A DNA stretch of 62,195 bases, taken from IMG/VR virus record IMGVR_UViG_3300042539_001868, positions 1-62,195 of that record. One strand, given 5' to 3'. Positions 57,115 to 62,195 of this stretch are shown here, one piece after another. The stretch's first letter is position 1, and each line of letters begins with the position of its first letter. The position numbers and the translations under genes are program-made. This DNA is from a virus. Lineage: Duplodnaviria > Caudoviricetes. Below the pieces are notes generated by a model. The model saw nothing but the letters and a program-made list of their open reading frames with translations, did no database searches and was not told the DNA's origin.

Positions 57115-57747
57115 ATGAATTTTAAAGAAAGAATAACAAAAGAAAGTAATTTAGATGTAAACGATAGTTTGTCGGCTTATATGGGTCATGCGGCACAACA
57201 AAATCATAACGTATATGAAGTTTTTTATAACTTTTTAAATGATGTAAGACCAAAACGTATTTTAGAAATTGGAACTGCTTTAGGGGGGTTTACAAAATTT
57301 TTGAAGTTGGTAAGTGACGAACTTAATTTAGATATTAAAATTTTAAGTCTTGATATTCACTACAATCCTTGGTACGTAGAAATGATTGATTCAGGTATTG
57401 ACATAAGAGTTGAAAATGTTTTTAATTCTGACTATACAGAGGTTTACGACTATGTAAAAAATTTCATGCAATCCGAAGGTACGACCTTAGTTCTTTGTGA
57501 TGGTGGAGATAAAGTAAGAGAATTCAATCTTTTATCAAAACACATCAAAGTAAATGATTTTATCATGGCTCATGATTATGCTGAAAATAGTGAGGTTTTT
57601 AAACAAACCGTAGATAAAAAAATTTGGAATTGGCATGAAATATCTGATAGTGATATAATACATTCTTGTAATGAAAACAATGTAAAAATTTATCAAAAAG
57701 AAAATTTTGAAAACGTGGCATGGACATGTAGGAGGAAAGAACTATGA
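57115..57747 (+). CDS. SAM-dependent methyltransferase (CmcI/Methyltransf_24-like)
   Basis: ILEIGT..GG, DI, LVLCDG and I.AHD motifs. Confidence 0.75.
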   Translation: MNFKERITKESNLDVNDSLSAYMGHAAQQNHNVYEVFYNFLNDVRPKRILEIGTALGGFTKFLKLVSDELNLDIKILSLDIHYNPWYVEMIDSGIDIRVENVFNSDYTEVYDYVKNFMQSEGTTLVLCDGGDKVREFNLLSKHIKVNDFIMAHDYAENSEVFKQTVDKKIWNWHEISDSDIIHSCNENNVKIYQKENFENVAWTCRRKEL

Positions 57748-59420
57748 GTAAAGTAACATTAGTAACAGGTTTATGGGACATAGGTAGAGGTAATCTTAAT
57801 GAAGGTTGGTCTCGGTCTTATAGTCATTATTTAGAAAAATTCAAACAGTTATTATCTACTGATTTGAATTTAATAATTTTTGGAGACACCGAACTTCAAC
57901 AATTTGTTAGTCAACATAGAAGTCATCATAATACGCAGTTTAATCTTCGTGATTTAGATTGGTTTAAAAATAATGACTATTATCAATTAATACAAAATGT
58001 TAGAACTAATCCAAATTGGTACAATCAAACAGGATGGTTAACTGAATCAACTCAAGCAAAACTTGAGATGTACAATCCATTGGTGATGTCAAAAATGTTC
58101 TTGTTACATGATGCCAAAATCATGGATAGATTCAATTCAGATTATTTGTTTTGGATTGATGCTGGTATAACAAACACAGTTCATCCTGGCTATTTTACGC
58201 ATGATAAAGTAATAGACAAACTACCGAACATTATTAGTAAGTTCACATTTGTTTCTTTCCCATACGAAGCTAACACAGAAATTCACGGGTTTGATTTTAA
58301 AAAGATTTGTGAATATGCTGACGATAAAATTACAAAAGTGTCAAGAGGTGGTTTCTTTGGAGGTCCTAAAAGTACAATAACCGATGTTAATAGTATCTAC
58401 TACCATCTGATGATTGATACCTTATCTAAAGGTTATATGGGAACTGAAGAAAGTCTTTTCAGTATTATGACTTATAAGAACACTGATTTAATTGACTACT
58501 CAGAAATAAAAGATAATGGTTTTATTAATCATTTTTTTGAAGAAGTTAAAAACGGAACTACTAAGTTAAAAAACGAATCTAAAACACCTAATGTAAGTAG
58601 ACCTGCCGGAGCAAGTAAAGTTGGGTTATATGTAATTGGTTTTAACAGTCCAAATCAGTTTCAGACTTTGATTGATTCAATGTTAGAATACGATAAGAAC
58701 TTTATTGATAAACCAAGAAAAATATTATTAGATAATTCAACAGATTTATCAACAACTCCATTATATTCAGAGATTTGCGAAAAATACGGATTTGAACACA
58801 TTAAAAAAGATAATTTAGGTATTTGTGGAGGAAGACAATGGATTGCAGAACATTTCAACCAATCCAATTTAGACTACATGTATTTCTTTGAAGACGACAT
58901 GTTTTTCTACCCTAAAAGAGGTGAAGTTTGTAAAAACGGATTTAATAGATTTGTTGATGGGCTATACGATAAATCTCTTAACATCATTCAAAGAGAAAAT
59001 TTAGACTTTTTAAAATTAAATTTTACAGAATTTTATGGTGACAATTCAACTCAATGGAGTTGGTACAACGTACCTCAACAAGTCAGAGAAACAATTTGGC
59101 CTAACAATTCGAAACTTCCTGTTCAAGGATTAGACCCGAACGCTCCGAGAACAAAGTTTGAAGAAATAAAAGTACATATGGGGTTACCTTATTCAACAGG
59201 GGAGGTTTATTATTGTAATTGGCCACAAGTAGTATCAAAGGATGGAAGTCAAAAAATGTTTTTAGAAACAACTTGGGCAAGACCTTTCGAACAAACATGG
59301 ATGAGTCATATGTATCAAGAAACTGTTAAAGGAAAAATTAAATCAGGTATTCTATTATTAACACCAACAGAACACAACCGATTTGACCATTATTCTAAAG
59401 AATTAAGAAAAGAGAGTTAA
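57744..59420 (+). CDS. HtrL/YibB-like GT domain fused to a GT-A domain
   Basis: N-domain TLVTGLWDIGR, SK...L..A, FWIDAG, GGFFGG, MGTEE; C-domain DNS, N.GI.GGR and YFFEDDM. Confidence 0.7.
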   Translation: MSKVTLVTGLWDIGRGNLNEGWSRSYSHYLEKFKQLLSTDLNLIIFGDTELQQFVSQHRSHHNTQFNLRDLDWFKNNDYYQLIQNVRTNPNWYNQTGWLTESTQAKLEMYNPLVMSKMFLLHDAKIMDRFNSDYLFWIDAGITNTVHPGYFTHDKVIDKLPNIISKFTFVSFPYEANTEIHGFDFKKICEYADDKITKVSRGGFFGGPKSTITDVNSIYYHLMIDTLSKGYMGTEESLFSIMTYKNTDLIDYSEIKDNGFINHFFEEVKNGTTKLKNESKTPNVSRPAGASKVGLYVIGFNSPNQFQTLIDSMLEYDKNFIDKPRKILLDNSTDLSTTPLYSEICEKYGFEHIKKDNLGICGGRQWIAEHFNQSNLDYMYFFEDDMFFYPKRGEVCKNGFNRFVDGLYDKSLNIIQRENLDFLKLNFTEFYGDNSTQWSWYNVPQQVRETIWPNNSKLPVQGLDPNAPRTKFEEIKVHMGLPYSTGEVYYCNWPQVVSKDGSQKMFLETTWARPFEQTWMSHMYQETVKGKIKSGILLLTPTEHNRFDHYSKELRKES

Positions 59421-59476
59421 TTGATTTATCTTCACAAGTTTTTCATAGGTATTATATTTATTAGATAATAATAAAA

Positions 59477-59695
59477 ATGCCAACTAACATTACCATTAAT
59501 ACAATTTCAGGTGCAACTCCATATGATATATATCTATGTGATTCACCTATAACAACTTGTATATACATTGCAACAATTTCAAGTGTTCCGTATACATTTC
59601 AAGTTCCTGTATTATTGGAAAGTCAAACATCATTTAATTTAAAGATGGTGGACAATAATAACTGTCAGGCGATAACTCCACTAACATTACCATAG
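59477..59695 (+). CDS. 72-aa virion protein, paralogue of the 46842 N-terminal domain
   Basis: ITI....G..PY.IY.CD...TTC...A pattern shared with 46842 and 60862; TATTTAT at 59455-59461. Confidence 0.75.
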   Translation: MPTNITINTISGATPYDIYLCDSPITTCIYIATISSVPYTFQVPVLLESQTSFNLKMVDNNNCQAITPLTLP

Positions 59696-60859
59696 ATGTC
59701 TTGTCCAACACAATATTGTATTAATAATACTGGTTTAGGTTATGATGATAACTATACAAGTGGCGGTACATATAATAGTAATCCATACTATGTAGGTTCA
59801 TCAAGTGGTTATGTTATATATTTTTCCATATCATCTAATTCTTGGTGTTTATCAAACGCTTTAGGTGGTTCTTGTCTTTTATCAGGAAAATCACCATGTA
59901 CAAGTGTTTGTCCTGATTTATGTGATGAAATATTTTTTAGTGGTGTTTGTCCTACTCCAACACCAAGTCCTACAACAAATTGTGACACCTTTAACTTCGA
60001 TGCAATTTTTGATTGTTTATATGAGCCAACACCAACACCAACTCCAACATCATCATTAACACCAACTCCAACACCTACACCAACAGTAACAAATTTTTGT
60101 AGTATTGTTGGTATCGGAGCATCGATAACAGGAGTAACACCAACACCAACTTCAACATTAACACCAACACCAACCAAAACACCATCAGTTACAAGACCAT
60201 TTAATTTTTCAGGTGATGTTACATTTACTCCAACTGACACAACAATAAAATGCCCATCAAGTAAACAATTTCAAGATTGTTACAATGGAGAAATGTATTA
60301 TACCACAAATCCAATTGTAAATCCAAGCAGTGGTGAAACCACACAATTTATGATTTTCAAAGCCAACGTAAATGGAGTTTCAAAGTGTATCTCATATGTC
60401 GGCATTAATAATCAAGTCATAGGAAAAGATAACATTACTTTAGTTCAAGGACCGATAGGTTTATCTAACTTAGGTGAATGTGCTCTTTGCGTACCTGACC
60501 CAATACCAAGTCCAACACCTTCAATAACGCCTACTAATACCGTGACACCGACCATAACCCCATCGGCAACATTACCTCCAAATCAATATTACGTTTTGAA
60601 AAAATGTTTTAATGAAATACAATATATTATCCAAACTATTGCTCCTATAACCACAGTACCTGGTAATGTAATTGGTAATCAAATAACTAAAGAGTGTTGG
60701 GAATTTATGTACGTTTCTTCAAGTTACCCAACTTTACCTTTGGGTACAGTTGGGACATATATTGATGGTAACTATTTCCCGAATACAAGTGTTACGGTTT
60801 TTACTAATACGGAGTCACTTTCTGCATGTGAAAATTGTGCCTCTAACCCATCTGAATAA
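59696..60859 (+). CDS. Cys- and PT-rich virion appendage protein
   Basis: Cys-rich N-domain, PT linkers and two 4-Cys domains (KQFQDC...CALC and YVLKKC...CENC). Confidence 0.7.
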   Translation: MSCPTQYCINNTGLGYDDNYTSGGTYNSNPYYVGSSSGYVIYFSISSNSWCLSNALGGSCLLSGKSPCTSVCPDLCDEIFFSGVCPTPTPSPTTNCDTFNFDAIFDCLYEPTPTPTPTSSLTPTPTPTPTVTNFCSIVGIGASITGVTPTPTSTLTPTPTKTPSVTRPFNFSGDVTFTPTDTTIKCPSSKQFQDCYNGEMYYTTNPIVNPSSGETTQFMIFKANVNGVSKCISYVGINNQVIGKDNITLVQGPIGLSNLGECALCVPDPIPSPTPSITPTNTVTPTITPSATLPPNQYYVLKKCFNEIQYIIQTIAPITTVPGNVIGNQITKECWEFMYVSSSYPTLPLGTVGTYIDGNYFPNTSVTVFTNTESLSACENCASNPSE

Positions 60860-60861
60860 TT

Positions 60862-61089
60862 ATGACATCAATTGATTTGACATCTATAACAGGTTTAACT
60901 TATCCATACACCGTATATGTGTGTAATGTATATGGTGAGGATTGTATTTTAATTGCGGTTATTGAAAATACCGTACCTCCAAATAACGAAATTGCGTTAC
61001 CAATAGAATTTAATCAAGCACCTGCGGTTGGTATTAAAATTATAACAACTGATGGTTGTGAAAGATTTTTAACTTTCGACTGTATTTAA
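60862..61089 (+). CDS. 75-aa virion protein, paralogue of the 46842 N-terminal domain
   Basis: I.L..ITG..YPY.VYVC......C......PP......LP..F......V.K.....GCE pattern. Confidence 0.75.
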   Translation: MTSIDLTSITGLTYPYTVYVCNVYGEDCILIAVIENTVPPNNEIALPIEFNQAPAVGIKIITTDGCERFLTFDCI

Positions 61090-61128
61090 AAAACAATTTT
61101 ACAATATTTATAATTAAAAAATAAGTGA

Positions 61129-62195
61129 ATGGCATTACTCACAAGTAGGGCTCTTGCAACAGGAGTCACAGGAACAGATTTAATACATATTGTTATAACG
61201 GGAGATACTTCACAAAATCCTGCGGGTTCTTCGTATAAAGCCGAAATTGACCAAGTTAAAGATTATCTATCAACTTTTTTTGTCAACTCAACAGGAAATA
61301 CTTCAGGTAATTGTATTACAGATTTATATGTTGATAATTTATATGGTTGTTCTCCAATAACAATTCATGATAGCATTCAAATAAATGGTTCAGGAAATAT
61401 TGGTGTTCTGTCAGTTGCTTTTGGAAGTGGTTGCGAATCTATTGGTGATTATTCATTTGTTCAAGGAGAAAGTTCTGCAACAGGTGAATATGGTTATAAT
61501 TCTACTTCTATAGTATCAGGTGTTATAACATTGGACGCGATTTACGGGGATGTTACTACAGAATTTAATACTGACATAGTATTGGATGATTTTAAATACG
61601 ATAATTTATATAGTGTAATATACACAAGAATTGGTAGTATTATTTTCAATGGTACAAATACAGTTATAACATTAAATGACGCATCAATTACTACAACTCA
61701 AGCTCATATAGGTAGTGATATATTCACTACTCCTTCAGGTAGTGATGTTTTTGTAGGTGGACATTTTTCTAACGCTAAAGGTAAAGATAATTTTTCAATA
61801 GCGATATACTCACATTCTGAGGGTAGTGGCAATAAAACATTTGGTGCTAACTCACACTCAGAAGGGGTGTCGAATATATCAAGAGGAATTGGTTCACACG
61901 CTGAAGGTAGAGGTACAATATCATCCGGTCTTTATTCACACGCAGAAGGTATTGATACTCAAGCAATAGGAGATTATTCACATGCTGAAGGTATTTCTAC
62001 CACCTCACAAGGTGAATATTCACACTCAGAGGGTAATCGAACTAATAGTCAAGGTGAATATTCACACTCAGAGGGTAATCGAACTAATAGTCAAGGTCAA
62101 TACTCCCACGCAGAAGGAGTTGAAACAATATCCGAGGGAACGCATTCTCATGCTGAAGGTAATGGCTCAAAAAGTTATGGGGATTCATCTCATGC
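61129..62195 (+). CDS. Tail-fibre/adhesin with YadA-head-like 14-aa SH(A/S)EG repeats, 3'-truncated
   Basis: Not in the ORF track. ATG 61129 opens a frame with no stop to the window end (MALLTSRALATG...CITDLYVDNLYGCSPI...), followed by at least nine 14-residue SH(A/S)EG repeats. Confidence 0.8.
   Translation, partial: MALLTSRALATGVTGTDLIHIVITGDTSQNPAGSSYKAEIDQVKDYLSTFFVNSTGNTSGNCITDLYVDNLYGCSPITIHDSIQINGSGNIGVLSVAFGSGCESIGDYSFVQGESSATGEYGYNSTSIVSGVITLDAIYGDVTTEFNTDIVLDDFKYDNLYSVIYTRIGSIIFNGTNTVITLNDASITTTQAHIGSDIFTTPSGSDVFVGGHFSNAKGKDNFSIAIYSHSEGSGNKTFGANSHSEGVSNISRGIGSHAEGRGTISSGLYSHAEGIDTQAIGDYSHAEGISTTSQGEYSHSEGNRTNSQGEYSHSEGNRTNSQGQYSHAEGVETISEGTHSHAEGNGSKSYGDSSH
62008..62097 (+). repeat. 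Perfect 42-bp tandem duplication in the SHAEG fibre
   Basis: caaggtgaatattcacactcagagggtaatcgaactaatagt occurs twice (62008-62049 and 62050-62091), followed by caaggt. Confidence 0.95.

Noticed and set aside
81-59298. Remaining 60-107 aa ORFs overlapping longer genes (e.g. 81, 3524, 6452, 7201, 10699, 14981, 20129, 33909, 41562, 41949, 42870, 44863, 58661)
   Set aside because: They lie within or opposite well-supported CDSs and have shadow-like composition.
46459-60240. Several minus-strand VGVTVGV-rich ORFs (46459, 47198, 47993, 48797, 49679, 59809)
   Set aside because: Antisense mirrors of Pro/Thr codon repeats; no independent start signals.
1-62195. Alternative genetic code (TAG or TGA reassignment) as in some large phages
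   Set aside because: Code 11 gives dense, full-length genes (MCP, PhoH, dUTPase intact) with no systematic fragmentation.
1-62195. Eukaryotic giant virus (NCLDV) or bacterial chromosome origin, suggested by the GT60/GT90/papain and O-antigen-like genes
   Set aside because: The gp23-type capsid, scaffold, gp55-like sigma, gp5-like spike, intrinsic terminators and overlapping operons indicate a tailed bacteriophage.
1-62195. tRNA, rRNA or structured ncRNA genes
   Set aside because: Intergenic gaps are short and AT-rich; I saw no cloverleaf or T-loop pattern. tRNAscan-SE or Infernal would be needed to exclude them formally.

Overview
This 62 kb AT-rich window is part of a T4-like jumbo/huge phage genome, most likely infecting Bacteroidota (no Shine-Dalgarno sites, TAnnTTTG host-type promoters, a T9SS-type cargo gene). 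It has four parts. (1) A head region with an acidic scaffold, a 615-aa gp23-type major capsid protein, a free-standing HNH endonuclease and several proteins with Glu-terminated capsid-entry/maturation-like leaders. (2) A minus-strand block with virion and baseplate genes (gp5-like spike), a gp55-like late sigma factor, PhoH, dUTPase, an exonuclease and a WYL protein. (3) A very AT-rich ~12 kb glycan biosynthesis island (GTs, DegT-like aminotransferase, NeuD-like acetyltransferase, WbqC, BKACE, epimerases, methyltransferases). (4) A plus-strand block of Cys-rich, Pro/Thr mucin-like fibre genes interleaved with GT60-like, GT90-like, methyltransferase and HtrL-like genes, ending in a truncated SHAEG-repeat fibre. 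The most striking observation is a possible modular fibre system. The 1174-aa mucin-like protein carries 11 orphan 'beta-strand+CC' peptides that correspond to the missing first strand of a 6-Cys domain, and the two downstream proteins each carry that domain without its strand+CC. This suggests disulfide-locked split-domain docking on a scaffoldin-like, probably O-glycosylated stalk. All family calls are from motifs recognised by eye; no searches were run. No tRNA, rRNA or CRISPR array was seen.
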